Below, piece by piece: positions 26,856 through 36,192 of a stretch of DNA of 45,705 nt. The position numbers were made by a program, and so were the translations under genes. The notes under the pieces are model-generated. The model ran no database searches. It worked only from the letters and a program-made list of their open reading frames with translations, and had not been told where the DNA came from. The stretch is from Candidatus Omnitrophota bacterium. Lineage in GTDB: Bacteria > Ratteibacteria > UBA8468 > MWAK01. How positions within the stretch are numbered: position 1 is the stretch's first letter; each line of letters opens with the position of its first letter. The DNA lies in assembly GCA_043797665.1 (NCBI GenBank), contig JAZDPL010000040.1, positions 1 to 45,705 on the forward strand. The letters are read 5' to 3'.

Positions 26856-28259
26856 GTGGAGACGATTAAAGGGCTTTCCGAAGGTCAGATTGAAGAGATT
26901 AAAAGGGCCACCGAAGATATCCTGGAAAACGTTGGGTTTCAGGTCCATCACCAAGAAATTCTGCGCCGTTGTCAGAAGGCCGGAGCTAAGGTGGCCGACG
27001 TTAATGTCCGCATACCAACACCGTTGTTACGGGAATTACTGGCTCGGGTACCCCCTGTCTACTCTGTTTATTCCTGTGACGGAACCGAGCACCGAATCGG
27101 GGGCGAAAACCGGTATGGTCAGGCGATTGTGACCGACCCCTGGATTATTGATTACCAAACCCGCCGGCCCCGCAAACCATGCCTTCAGGACATCAGAAAC
27201 CACACTATTATCGCCCAGAAACTCCAGCAGGTTGTCGCCTTGAGCCGGATGGACTTTCCGGTTATTGACATCCCGGAACCTCTTTCCAGCCTGCGGGCAT
27301 TGGAAGAATTTTTTCTCTATAACCATAAGCATATTCTTGCTTACGTGACCTCTCCGGAAAGTCTCCGTCAGTATTTAGACGTTGCTCAGATTTTACTCCC
27401 GGGCAAGGAACTGAAAAAAACCAGATTGATGGGTGTGGCAGTTGGTGTGGTTTCGCCCCTGGTAATTACCGAATTTAACGCCGAACTCCTGTTATCTGCC
27501 TGCAATTACAATTTTGAGGTCATCCCTACTATCTGCCCGATGGCCGGGACAACCGCTCCCTACACCCTGGCCTCAACCTTACTCATCGGTAATACCGAAA
27601 ATATCTTTGTTGCCGCCCTGACCCAGATTATTAATCCCGGCAATCCCTTTCTCTATGTTTTTGGACCATCGGTCTCCAACATGCGTTCCGGTCACGATAT
27701 GTACTATACGCTGGATAAGGTACTCTGGAAGATCGCCGGCGTCCGGTTAGGCCGTTCCTACAATCTGCCGGTAGCCGCGGAATGCGGCGGGACGATGACC
27801 GGCCGGTATGACCAGCAGAACGGTGCCGAAGGAATGCTTTTTATGCTTTCCGCTTTTGCCTCGGGCGCCCATCTTCTGTGCGGTATCGGCTCGTGTTATA
27901 ACGCGGTTGGCATGTCCGCAGAAATGATGCTTATCCAGACTGCCTGGCTGGAAGCCGCAGAGTTTTTAAGCCGGGGAATCAATATAGATGAATTACACCT
28001 GGGGATTGAAAATATTAAAAAAGCCGGGCCCGGAGGTAATTTCCTGACCGATGATTTAACCTTAAATCTCCTGCGTCGGGGAGAATTCTTCTCCAGCGAG
28101 TTTTTTGATTACTCCGGTGATTTTGGAAAAAGCACCTCTTTGCTGGACCGGGCGCACCAAAAAGCAGAGGATTTGATTTCTACTTTTGAATCCCCGATTC
28201 CGGAAAAGGTTCGGGAAGAAATCCGCCGTTACTTCCGTAATGTAAAGGGGAAGATTTGA
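26856..28259 (+). CDS. Trimethylamine methyltransferase (MttB) superfamily protein, non-pyrrolysine
   Basis: ILENVGF, PMAGTTAPYTLA, DQQNGAE, GPGGNFL; no in-frame amber codon. Confidence 0.85.
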   Translation: METIKGLSEGQIEEIKRATEDILENVGFQVHHQEILRRCQKAGAKVADVNVRIPTPLLRELLARVPPVYSVYSCDGTEHRIGGENRYGQAIVTDPWIIDYQTRRPRKPCLQDIRNHTIIAQKLQQVVALSRMDFPVIDIPEPLSSLRALEEFFLYNHKHILAYVTSPESLRQYLDVAQILLPGKELKKTRLMGVAVGVVSPLVITEFNAELLLSACNYNFEVIPTICPMAGTTAPYTLASTLLIGNTENIFVAALTQIINPGNPFLYVFGPSVSNMRSGHDMYYTLDKVLWKIAGVRLGRSYNLPVAAECGGTMTGRYDQQNGAEGMLFMLSAFASGAHLLCGIGSCYNAVGMSAEMMLIQTAWLEAAEFLSRGINIDELHLGIENIKKAGPGGNFLTDDLTLNLLRRGEFFSSEFFDYSGDFGKSTSLLDRAHQKAEDLISTFESPIPEKVREEIRRYFRNVKGKI

Positions 28260-28261
28260 CC

Positions 28262-28290
28262 TTGACAAAAGGATAAAAATGCAGTATTAT
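28262..28290 (+). promoter_or_regulatory. Promoter of the second AAA/DUF4143 gene
   Basis: TTGACA, 17 bp, TATTAT, followed by the dyad GTCCTT...AAGGAC. Confidence 0.6.
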
Positions 28291-29584
28291 GTCCTTCTAC
28301 AAAGGACAAATATCTATGAAGGAAATTTTTAAAGAGGTCATCTTATCCAACCGGGAGTTCATTCTAAAAAATGCGGGGCACGTCGTCCGGAGAGAGTCCT
28401 TCCCCTCTTTGGGAGCCCCGAACAAAGTCGCGGTGCTGTACGGTGTAAGACGCAGCGGCAAAACGTTTATTCTTTACGATTTATTCCGGAATTATAAAGA
28501 TACTGCTCTATACGTGGATTTTGAGGATGAACGGCTCGCCGATTTCCAGGTCAACGACTTTGAAAACCTGAGGGAATCTTTCCTTGAATTGGACCCCTCG
28601 CTTCTTTCCAAGGATACATTCTTCCTTTTGGACGAAATTCAGAATGTCCCGGGCTGGGAGAAGTTCTGCCGGAGAATGGTAGAAAAAGAAAAAATGAAAG
28701 TGGTAGTAACCGGCTCTTCTTCCCGGATGATGCCCTATGAAATTCACACTTCTTTGAGAGGCAGAAGTTGGAGCACGGAAATTACCCCGTTCTCTTTTCG
28801 TGAATACCTGAAAACCAGAAACATCAATATAGACAGAAACCTTATTTACACATCCCGAAAGGTCATTTTAAAAAAGTTCTTCTCCGAGTATCTAAAATGG
28901 GGCGGTTTCCCCGAAGTGGTATTTTCTAAAAGTCCGTTTGACCGAACCAAAATCCTCTCGGAATATTTGTCCGCAATTTTCTTCAGGGATTTAGTGGAAC
29001 GGTATAAAATAGACAATATTACCTTACTGGAATCCCTGCTGGATAGATTATTAACCGGTTTTGCCCGCAAGTTTTCTCTCTCTTCTTTTTATAAACAATA
29101 CCAGGGAAAGTTTCCTTTCTCAAAAGACAGCCTATTCAATTACTACAAATGTTTTTTAAGAAGTATGCTCATCTTTGAGGTGAAAAAATTTTCCGAGTCT
29201 TCCTACACCAGGATGAGGAATCCTGCCAAAATTTACCTGATAGACCAGGGGCTTGCCAAAAGAGTTACCTCTGACGATTTAGGATGGTTGTTAGAAAACG
29301 TAGTCTTCCTTGAATTGAGAAAAAAGAGTTCTGCTATCTTCTATTTTGAGGAAGAAAAAGAATGCGACTTTATAACCAGAGAAGGGAACAGGTTTTCCGC
29401 CTACCAGGTCTCCTTTGAATTAAATGAAGGAAATAAAGAACGTGAGGTTGCCGGACTGGTTTCATGCTGTAAACGTTTGCACTTGAAGAATGGCACCATC
29501 CTTACCTATGACCAGGAAGAAGAAATACGCAGACCGGGAGTGAAAATAATGGTGACTCCCGTCTGGAAGTGGTTACTTCTCTAA
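28289..29584 (+). CDS. AAA ATPase with DUF4143 domain
   Basis: GVRRSGKT, LLDEIQ, TGSSS, GGFPE, KIYLID, ECDF; true start is probably ATG 28316. Confidence 0.92.
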   Translation: MSFYKGQISMKEIFKEVILSNREFILKNAGHVVRRESFPSLGAPNKVAVLYGVRRSGKTFILYDLFRNYKDTALYVDFEDERLADFQVNDFENLRESFLELDPSLLSKDTFFLLDEIQNVPGWEKFCRRMVEKEKMKVVVTGSSSRMMPYEIHTSLRGRSWSTEITPFSFREYLKTRNINIDRNLIYTSRKVILKKFFSEYLKWGGFPEVVFSKSPFDRTKILSEYLSAIFFRDLVERYKIDNITLLESLLDRLLTGFARKFSLSSFYKQYQGKFPFSKDSLFNYYKCFLRSMLIFEVKKFSESSYTRMRNPAKIYLIDQGLAKRVTSDDLGWLLENVVFLELRKKSSAIFYFEEEKECDFITREGNRFSAYQVSFELNEGNKEREVAGLVSCCKRLHLKNGTILTYDQEEEIRRPGVKIMVTPVWKWLLL

Positions 29585-29612
29585 TATCCGACATTTTTCA
29601 GATATATTACCG

Positions 29613-30482
29613 ATGATACCGGATAAAATTTCAATTATGGTGTTTCACCGGGTAGGCGACCTTCTGGTAAATACGTCTTACCGGAAAGTATTCCTGGATA
29701 AAATTCAGGCGTTTGGAATTCGGGGAATTGAAATATTTTTGGGAGAAACAGAAGACGCTTACCGGGACATAGAGGCGCTCCTTAATTTTTCAAAAGAACT
29801 CCAGGCCCGGGACCTGTACGTTCCCTGTGTGGATGTTTATGTGAATTATCTCAAACCGGGACATTTTGACCGGGCCTGTAAAATTGCCGAGGAAATGATT
29901 GAGTCGGCCGCAGTATTGAAATCGCCGCTGGGAATGGTCTGCGGCAGCGTACTGCCGGAAGGGATGTCTCCGGATAGAGGAAGAGAGATGGTGGCCCGGG
30001 GAATAGATGAGTCAATAAAAACAGGAAGAAAGAAAAACGTGGAGATTGCTATTGAATCGTTCGGACTTTCTTTTAATCTCCAGTCAACCACGGAAATGCT
30101 GTCTGATTTATACGGCCGTTTAAAAGAAATCCCCTGTTATTTTGTGGGGGATTTGGGAAATCCGTGTTATGGAGGCGAACAGCCGGTTGTTTCTCTGGAA
30201 GAATTTTTTGACCGGTTAAGACACGTTCATGTAAAAGACGTGAAAAAGGCGCCACCGGGTCAGGGCTTGCCTTCAGCCGGAAGCTGGTGGCTGGATAATG
30301 AAAAAATCGGTTCCGGCATTGCCGACGTCCGGACTTCAATGCAATTTTTGAATAAAAACGGGTATTCCGGCTGGTATTCGCTGGAGATTGCCCTGGCAGA
30401 TAACCCGGATGTAATCGGGGATGCTTTAGATTGTCTCGGACAATTGTTGAGCAACCCCTTAAAGGAGGAGAAAACGCAATGA
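29613..30482 (+). CDS. Sugar phosphate isomerase/epimerase (xylose-isomerase-like TIM barrel)
   Basis: IAIE, DLGN, HVHVKD, GWYSLE. Confidence 0.85.
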   Translation: MIPDKISIMVFHRVGDLLVNTSYRKVFLDKIQAFGIRGIEIFLGETEDAYRDIEALLNFSKELQARDLYVPCVDVYVNYLKPGHFDRACKIAEEMIESAAVLKSPLGMVCGSVLPEGMSPDRGREMVARGIDESIKTGRKKNVEIAIESFGLSFNLQSTTEMLSDLYGRLKEIPCYFVGDLGNPCYGGEQPVVSLEEFFDRLRHVHVKDVKKAPPGQGLPSAGSWWLDNEKIGSGIADVRTSMQFLNKNGYSGWYSLEIALADNPDVIGDALDCLGQLLSNPLKEEKTQ

Positions 30483-32779
30483 AACTAACCGCGGTTGACC
30501 GGAAGATTGCCCAAGAGATACAGCCTTTTGTTCCCGATAATGTTTTTGATGTCCACAGCCACATCTACCGCACTAAAGACTTAGACATTGCTCCGTCTTC
30601 TTTCTGGAAGGAGAATCCGGCCGAGTTAGGCATTGAGGACTGGCGCCGCCAGATGGAAGGGCAGATGGGCCGGGGTAAATTGCGGGGAGGACTTTTTATC
30701 CCCCCCCCTTTCTGTACATCTGATAAAGCCAGCGATTTTGTAGTAAACCAGTTAAAAAAGTTTCCGGAAAGCAAGGGTTTAATCCTTACCTCTCTATACC
30801 ATTCTAAGGAAACCGCTCTCAGATATTTAGAAAATCCCCGGATAGCGGGATTTAAACCCTATCATACCTTCAGTAAGGACAAACCGACCTGGCAGGCAGA
30901 CCTGAACAGTTACCTGCCGGAGTGGGCCTGGAAGACGGCCCATGACCGGGGCCTGGTCATTCTGCTCCATCTGGTGAAAGACCTGGCGCTGGCTGACCCG
31001 GATAATCAGCGGGCGATTAGAGAAAAATGCCGGAAGTACCCCCGGGCCAAACTGATTCTTGCTCACGCGGGAAGAGGGTTCCACTATTTGAATACGATTA
31101 AGGGTATTTCGGCTCTGCGGGGTCTGGAAAATATCTGGTTTGATACCGCGGCCATCTGTGAACCCTTCGCCTTAATCGCCATCCTGCAGGAGTTCGGACC
31201 AAAAAAACTTCTCTGGGGCAGCGACTTCCCGGTTTCCAATGACCGGGGCCGATGCGCTACCGCGGGTGATGGCTTTGTCTGGTTAACCAAAAACAGCGTT
31301 AAATGGGAACAGGTATCCCCGGTCTGTAACCCTACTCTGGTAGTTTTTGAGTCTTTGCGCGCCTTAAAGGAAGCCGCGGATATTTTTGGTTTAAACACCG
31401 AAGATATCCGGGATATCTTCGGTGACAACAGCCGTAGACTTTTAGGTCTGAAAGAGGAATCCGGTACCAGAACCCAGGAGTTATACCGGTACGCCAAAAA
31501 GAGAATTCCCGGCGGCAACCAACTTTTAAGCAAGCGTCCGGAAATGATGGCTCCGGACGTATGGCCGGCCTACTTCAGCGAGGCGCGCGGCTGTGAAGTC
31601 TGGGACCTGGACGGCAAGCACTACTGGGATATGAGTATCTGCGGAATCGGGTCCTGCCTGTTGGGTTTTCGGGACCCGGACGTTACCCGGGCGGTCCGGC
31701 GCCGGATAAATTTAGGCAGTATGTGTACCCTTAACCCGCCGGAGGAGGTGGAATTAGCCGATTTACTCTGTAAAATCCATCCCTGGGCAGACTGCGTACG
31801 GTTTGCCCGAACCGGCGGAGAAAGCGCCGCGGTTGCCATCCGGATTGCCCGGGCTACCACGGACCGGTCCCTGATCGCCTTCTGCGGCTACCACGGCTGG
31901 CATGACTGGTATCTGGCCGCCAATCTGGGTGAAGCAGACGCGCTGAGGGGACATCTCCTGCAGGGTGGTCTGCACCCCCTGGGTGTTCCCCGGGAACTGC
32001 GTAATACCGCGATTCCTTTTCATTACAATAACCGTCAGGAATTTCAGGCGGTTCTTGACCGGTACGGTGACCGTCTGGCCGGGGTCGTGATGGAACCCTG
32101 CCGGAACAATCCGCCGGAACCCGGGTTTCTGGAGTTCGTCCGGGACGGCATTCATAAATGCGGGGGTCTGCTTGTTTTTGATGAAATTTCTATCGGTTGG
32201 CGCCTTTGCTTTGGTGGCGCCCACCTGAAATTGGGTGTAAACCCGGATTTGGCTATTTTTGCCAAGGCGTTAGGCAACGGTCACCCCATTGGTGCGGTAG
32301 TCGGTACCCGGAAAGCGATGGCCGGTGCTCATGATTCCTTTATCAGCAGTACCTACTGGACCGAAAGTGTCGGACCGGCGGCCGCGCTGGCGACGCTTAA
32401 GAAGATGCAAAAAACAGACCTACCCGCTCACATTGCGGAGATTGGTACCCGGGTCAAGAACCTGTGGAAGAAATCGGCAAAGAAAACCCATCTGCCGGTG
32501 AAGGTGGATGACGGATACCCCTGTTTCGCCCATTTTGGGTTTGACCACCCGCTATCCGAAGAACTGCGCACCCTCTACACCCAGCTGATGTTAGAGCGGG
32601 GTTTTCTGGCCGGCAGTTCCCTTTTTCCCACCTTAGCCCACAACGATGCGGTCGTATCTGCTTACGGAAAAGCCATTGCCGAGGTTTTCGCAGAAATCAG
32701 TCTGACGCTTAAACAGGATAAGGTAAAAGAAAAATTAAAGGGTCCGGTGGCGCACACCGGCTTCCAGCGCCTCCTTTGA
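30479..32779 (+). CDS. Fusion of amidohydrolase and class III (GSA-like) aminotransferase
   Basis: DVHSH, LAHAG, WGSDFP, then VWDLDGKHY.D, RTGGE, YHGWHD, FDEI, FAKALGNG; ATG 30479 follows AGGAGG. Confidence 0.88.
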   Translation: MKLTAVDRKIAQEIQPFVPDNVFDVHSHIYRTKDLDIAPSSFWKENPAELGIEDWRRQMEGQMGRGKLRGGLFIPPPFCTSDKASDFVVNQLKKFPESKGLILTSLYHSKETALRYLENPRIAGFKPYHTFSKDKPTWQADLNSYLPEWAWKTAHDRGLVILLHLVKDLALADPDNQRAIREKCRKYPRAKLILAHAGRGFHYLNTIKGISALRGLENIWFDTAAICEPFALIAILQEFGPKKLLWGSDFPVSNDRGRCATAGDGFVWLTKNSVKWEQVSPVCNPTLVVFESLRALKEAADIFGLNTEDIRDIFGDNSRRLLGLKEESGTRTQELYRYAKKRIPGGNQLLSKRPEMMAPDVWPAYFSEARGCEVWDLDGKHYWDMSICGIGSCLLGFRDPDVTRAVRRRINLGSMCTLNPPEEVELADLLCKIHPWADCVRFARTGGESAAVAIRIARATTDRSLIAFCGYHGWHDWYLAANLGEADALRGHLLQGGLHPLGVPRELRNTAIPFHYNNRQEFQAVLDRYGDRLAGVVMEPCRNNPPEPGFLEFVRDGIHKCGGLLVFDEISIGWRLCFGGAHLKLGVNPDLAIFAKALGNGHPIGAVVGTRKAMAGAHDSFISSTYWTESVGPAAALATLKKMQKTDLPAHIAEIGTRVKNLWKKSAKKTHLPVKVDDGYPCFAHFGFDHPLSEELRTLYTQLMLERGFLAGSSLFPTLAHNDAVVSAYGKAIAEVFAEISLTLKQDKVKEKLKGPVAHTGFQRLL

Positions 32780-32911
32780 CCCGCAAAAGGGGTAACTTTT
32801 TTAGTACCTTAGTAAAAACAGACTTGACACGTCAATCAGTTAGGATTCCGAGGTTTGACTTAAAAACTATAGTTTTAGGGTGCTTAGAAATAAAAACTCA
32901 GGGTGTTTTAA

Positions 32912-32940
32912 TTGACAGACAGATAAGTCCGGCGTAAAAT
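32912..32940 (+). promoter_or_regulatory. Sigma70 promoter
   Basis: TTGACA, 17 bp, TAAAAT. Confidence 0.6.
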
Positions 32941-33005
32941 ATGATACGTAAGGCAAAATATCAGGCTAAAATGTTTCTTTTTTATGGGTAAATGGAGGCT
33001 CCCAA

Positions 33006-34196
33006 ATGAATAATATTGTTAAAGGAAAAAGCCCTTTTTACCCTGGCCAACCTGTACCAATAGAATTTTTTATTGGCAGGCTCACTGAAGTCCAGCGGAT
33101 TGCCAGAGCAATCGGTCAAGTTGAGTTGGGAAAACCCCAGGCAATTTTTCTTACTGGTGAGTACGGTATTGGTAAAAGCTCCCTGGCCGGTGTTATGAGA
33201 TTCTACGCTGAAAAAAACAACCATATTTTGGGCATCCATGTCTTTCTTGGAAGTGCCGAAACACCAGAGGATGTTGCCACCAAAACTGTAGAATCGGTAA
33301 TTAAAACACAAGTTTATGAACCTACGCTTACTGAGAAAATTCGCAATATTTTTTCCAAATATATTGGCCGACAAGAAATTTTTGGATTTAGTGTAAATTT
33401 TGAAGTCTTAAAAGCAGATGGACCAAATCTTTCGCTCGGTTTTTTGCCTTTTCTTCGTGAACTATTGAGTAGAACTAAAGACATAGGAATCAAAGGCTTG
33501 ATGTTAATTTTTGATGAAATCAATGGGATTGCGAATAACCCCCAATTTGCCCATTTTATCAAAACATTGGTAGACGAAAATGCACTTAGCAACGCTCCAT
33601 TGCCTTTGATGTTAATGCTTTGTGGTGTAGAAGAGCGTCGGCGTGAAATGATTCACCACCATCAACCTGTGGAACGAATTTTTGACATAGTGGAGATAAA
33701 ACCGATGAATAAATCTGAAATGGAAGAATTTTTTACTAAAACATTTAATTCTGCAGGTATCCAGATAAAGGACGAAGCGATATTAACGTTATTTCATTAT
33801 TCCGCCGGATTTCCGAAGATTATGCATATCATCGGCGATGCCGTCTTTTGGTTAGACCGGGATAATATTATTGATGAACATGACGCACTTCAGGGAACAT
33901 TGGAAGCCACAGAAGCAATTGGAAAGAAATTCGTTGACCAACAAGTTTACAAGTCTTTACGCAGTAAAGACTATCACTCAATCCTTACAAAACTCGGAAA
34001 AACTGATTTCGACCTATCGTTCCAAAAAAGAATTATAGAGAAAGGTCTTTCTGACGTGGAAAAACGCAAGTTTAATAACTTTCTTCAGCGTATGATACAA
34101 CTTAAGGTTCTAAAATTGGGTGATGAACGAGGTGAGTATATATTTAACAACCGGTTAGTGCGACTTTATATACTTCTCAAATCCATCGCTTCCTAA
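33006..34196 (+). CDS. P-loop AAA/STAND-like ATPase
   Basis: SPFYPG...FIGR, GEYGIGKSS, LIFDE, SAGFP; AT-rich. Confidence 0.85.
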   Translation: MNNIVKGKSPFYPGQPVPIEFFIGRLTEVQRIARAIGQVELGKPQAIFLTGEYGIGKSSLAGVMRFYAEKNNHILGIHVFLGSAETPEDVATKTVESVIKTQVYEPTLTEKIRNIFSKYIGRQEIFGFSVNFEVLKADGPNLSLGFLPFLRELLSRTKDIGIKGLMLIFDEINGIANNPQFAHFIKTLVDENALSNAPLPLMLMLCGVEERRREMIHHHQPVERIFDIVEIKPMNKSEMEEFFTKTFNSAGIQIKDEAILTLFHYSAGFPKIMHIIGDAVFWLDRDNIIDEHDALQGTLEATEAIGKKFVDQQVYKSLRSKDYHSILTKLGKTDFDLSFQKRIIEKGLSDVEKRKFNNFLQRMIQLKVLKLGDERGEYIFNNRLVRLYILLKSIAS

Positions 34197-34248
34197 ACCC
34201 AATTAATGAAACTTGTAGTCCTTTTTCCTTGTATATAGTTGAACCCGT

Positions 34249-34481
34249 TCACGTCTTCGTTCTAAACTTACGGAGATATTTCCGTATTTCATTATGGTTA
34301 CCTACTATTACCAGATAGAAGATTTCTCCTTCTAATTTCACAATTATCCGAAGTCTAATGTCAACCCTCAATTCGTACTTGTCTCCGTTTATCTTTTTGA
34401 AATGTAAACCGGAAGGGAGAATTCCGGAAAGGAGAAACTGGTTGAACGTTCAAAAGAAGGTAATGGCTTAACCAGTTTCAT
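34249..34481 (-). pseudogene. RelE/ParE-like toxin remnant (internal deletion/frameshift)
   Basis: MKLVKPLPSFERS, then in another frame NQFLLSGILPSGLHFKKINGDKYELRVDIRLRII...YLVIVGNHNEIRKYL; not in the ORF track. Confidence 0.65.
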
Positions 34482-34660
34482 CCGGTAATCTTTTTTATGT
34501 AATCGTTAAATTCCTTGCCGGGCTTCAGGGGCCTTGCCTGAAGTTTTTCCTTGGCTACAATCTGGTCTATGGCCTCTAATTCTACTGGTCCAAAACGAGG
34601 CTCCACGTCCACAGGAATAAGTTTAATATAATTATCTTCTGTTTCTACATTAACTTTACA
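34478..34660 (-). pseudogene. 5'-truncated antitoxin-like gene (AbrB/MazE-like tail)
   Basis: KVNVETEDNYIKLIPVDVEPRF...DYIKKITG-stop, overlapping the toxin start as ATGA; no start codon. Confidence 0.5.
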
Positions 34661-34687
34661 CTATCCCTTTTGGATTTGACGACTGAT

Positions 34688-34736
34688 TTGACACAAAAAC
34701 AGATTCGTGGTATACTTGGTATACAGTGCATACAAC
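34688..34736 (+). promoter_or_regulatory. Promoter plus probable GntR operator
   Basis: TTGACA (34688), 17 bp, TATACT (34711), followed by repeated GTATAC/GCATAC boxes. Confidence 0.6.
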
Positions 34737-34780
34737 ACATTGAGAAATAGAGGTGAAACACCCGGCACCAAAGGAGTAAA

Positions 34781-35455
34781 ATGGTAGACCTTTTAACTCA
34801 GAAAGAAATCGTTTACCGGAAGATTAAAGAAGGCATCCTGAACTCCGAGTGGGTACCCGGCACTAAATTGGTGGAACGCGAATTGTGTGAAAAACTCAGG
34901 GTGAGCCGGACCCCTATCAGAGAGGCGTTTAACCGGTTGGAAAGTGAGGGTTTGTTAGAGCGGATGCCCCGATGGAGTGCTTTTGTTAAAAAACCTGACC
35001 GGGCGGAGATTATGGAGATGTACGAAGTCAGGGAAGCACTTGAAGGTGTCGCGGCCAGGTTGGCGGTTTTAAGAGCAACACCGGATGACCTGAACAAGAT
35101 GAAAGAGGCTATTGACAAAACAGAACAGGCCTTGGCAAAGGAAGGCGGGGAGGACGTCAAGGCATACAACCAGGGTGATAATGAATTTCACGAGGCTCTG
35201 GTAAACGCCAGCCACAACAGAAAACTGATAAATCTGGCTTCCCTGGGACATCTGCATGTAGAGGAAATCCCGGTAGCGTTGGATGTTAAACCGATAGAAG
35301 AACACGGACGATTAGTGGAAGACCACCGGTGTATTCTGGCATCCGTAACAGAAAGGAACGGGGAGCTGGCTGAAAAATTAATCCGGAAACACATTTCTGG
35401 TGCTATGAAAGGTGCCGCGCGGTTTTTTGACGAATCGGCCAATAAGGAGGCCTAA
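34781..35455 (+). CDS. GntR/FadR-family regulator (FCD domain)
   Basis: [40 protein letters not shown]. Confidence 0.93.
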   Translation: MVDLLTQKEIVYRKIKEGILNSEWVPGTKLVERELCEKLRVSRTPIREAFNRLESEGLLERMPRWSAFVKKPDRAEIMEMYEVREALEGVAARLAVLRATPDDLNKMKEAIDKTEQALAKEGGEDVKAYNQGDNEFHEALVNASHNRKLINLASLGHLHVEEIPVALDVKPIEEHGRLVEDHRCILASVTERNGELAEKLIRKHISGAMKGAARFFDESANKEA

Positions 35456-35685
35456 TGGGATGGATAAGAGAAGTAGTGCAGAAAAGGTGTCATTCTTCCT
35501 GTCATTCCGTACTTGATACGGAATCCATCTTTAAATACGGGATTCTTCGGCGAAATACGCCTCAGAATGACAGAAAGAGAAGCAGTTTTACATTGATCGA
35601 GTTACTGGTGGTGATTGCCATAATCGCCATCCTGGCCGCGATGCTGCTGCCGGCGCTCAGCCAGGCAAGGGAGAAGGCCAGACAG
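35346..35685 (+). repeat. Direct repeat copy A: gntR 3' end plus prepilin 5' end
   Basis: Highly similar to 40672-41035. Confidence 0.93.
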
Positions 35686-36186
35686 GCAAAATGCATGAAT
35701 AACCTTAAACAAATAGGACTGGCTATTTTCTTGTATGTGCAGGACGAAGATGACTGGCTTCCGTGGTCGATAAAGCCTATTAGTCCCAGGCTCTGGGGTC
35801 GCTCCGGCCACCCGATTCCTAACTTAATCGGTCAAAAAGTTCTTATCTGTCCTACGTCCAGGACTTCGAGGGATGATATGAATATGAACTACAACGATTA
35901 CTCAGCTAACTGTTGGTGCATGGGAGATTTGTATGGTCTTACCTGGGAGCAGGAACAGCGCAAATTATCTTCCATCAGAGCTCCTTCGAAGATTATCATT
36001 ATAGCAGACGGTGTGGACGATAATGGCGATGAAGATTATTTTGGTGTATCTAAACCTGGAGCAACCTTGTGGAGTAGTAATAGAATAGGTGTCCGTCATG
36101 CAGAAGGATCTAACTTTCTCTTTGTGGATGGTCATGTGGGTTGGATGAAAAGAGATGATATAACCTCTGACATGCTTTCTGAATAG
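35455..36186 (+). CDS. Prepilin-type N-terminal cleavage/methylation protein (H-X9-DG)
   Basis: [13 protein letters not shown]...; [15 protein letters not shown]. Confidence 0.92.
   Translation: MGWIREVVQKRCHSSCHSVLDTESIFKYGILRRNTPQNDRKRSSFTLIELLVVIAIIAILAAMLLPALSQAREKARQAKCMNNLKQIGLAIFLYVQDEDDWLPWSIKPISPRLWGRSGHPIPNLIGQKVLICPTSRTSRDDMNMNYNDYSANCWCMGDLYGLTWEQEQRKLSSIRAPSKIIIIADGVDDNGDEDYFGVSKPGATLWSSNRIGVRHAEGSNFLFVDGHVGWMKRDDITSDMLSE
35500..35572. repeat. 73-bp palindromic element in the prepilin leader (copy 2)
   Basis: TGTCATTC...GAATGACA; an extra TGTCATTC lies at 35488. Confidence 0.85.
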
Positions 36187-36192
36187 ATAAGA

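Noticed and set aside
26856..28259. Pyrrolysine-containing MttB
   Set aside because: The ORF is open for 467 codons with no internal TAG, and no pyl genes are present in the window
26837..29612. Gene-tail duplications flanking the AAA/DUF4143 genes
   Set aside because: I compared the spacers after 26836 and 29584 with the upstream genes' 3' ends and found no convincing match
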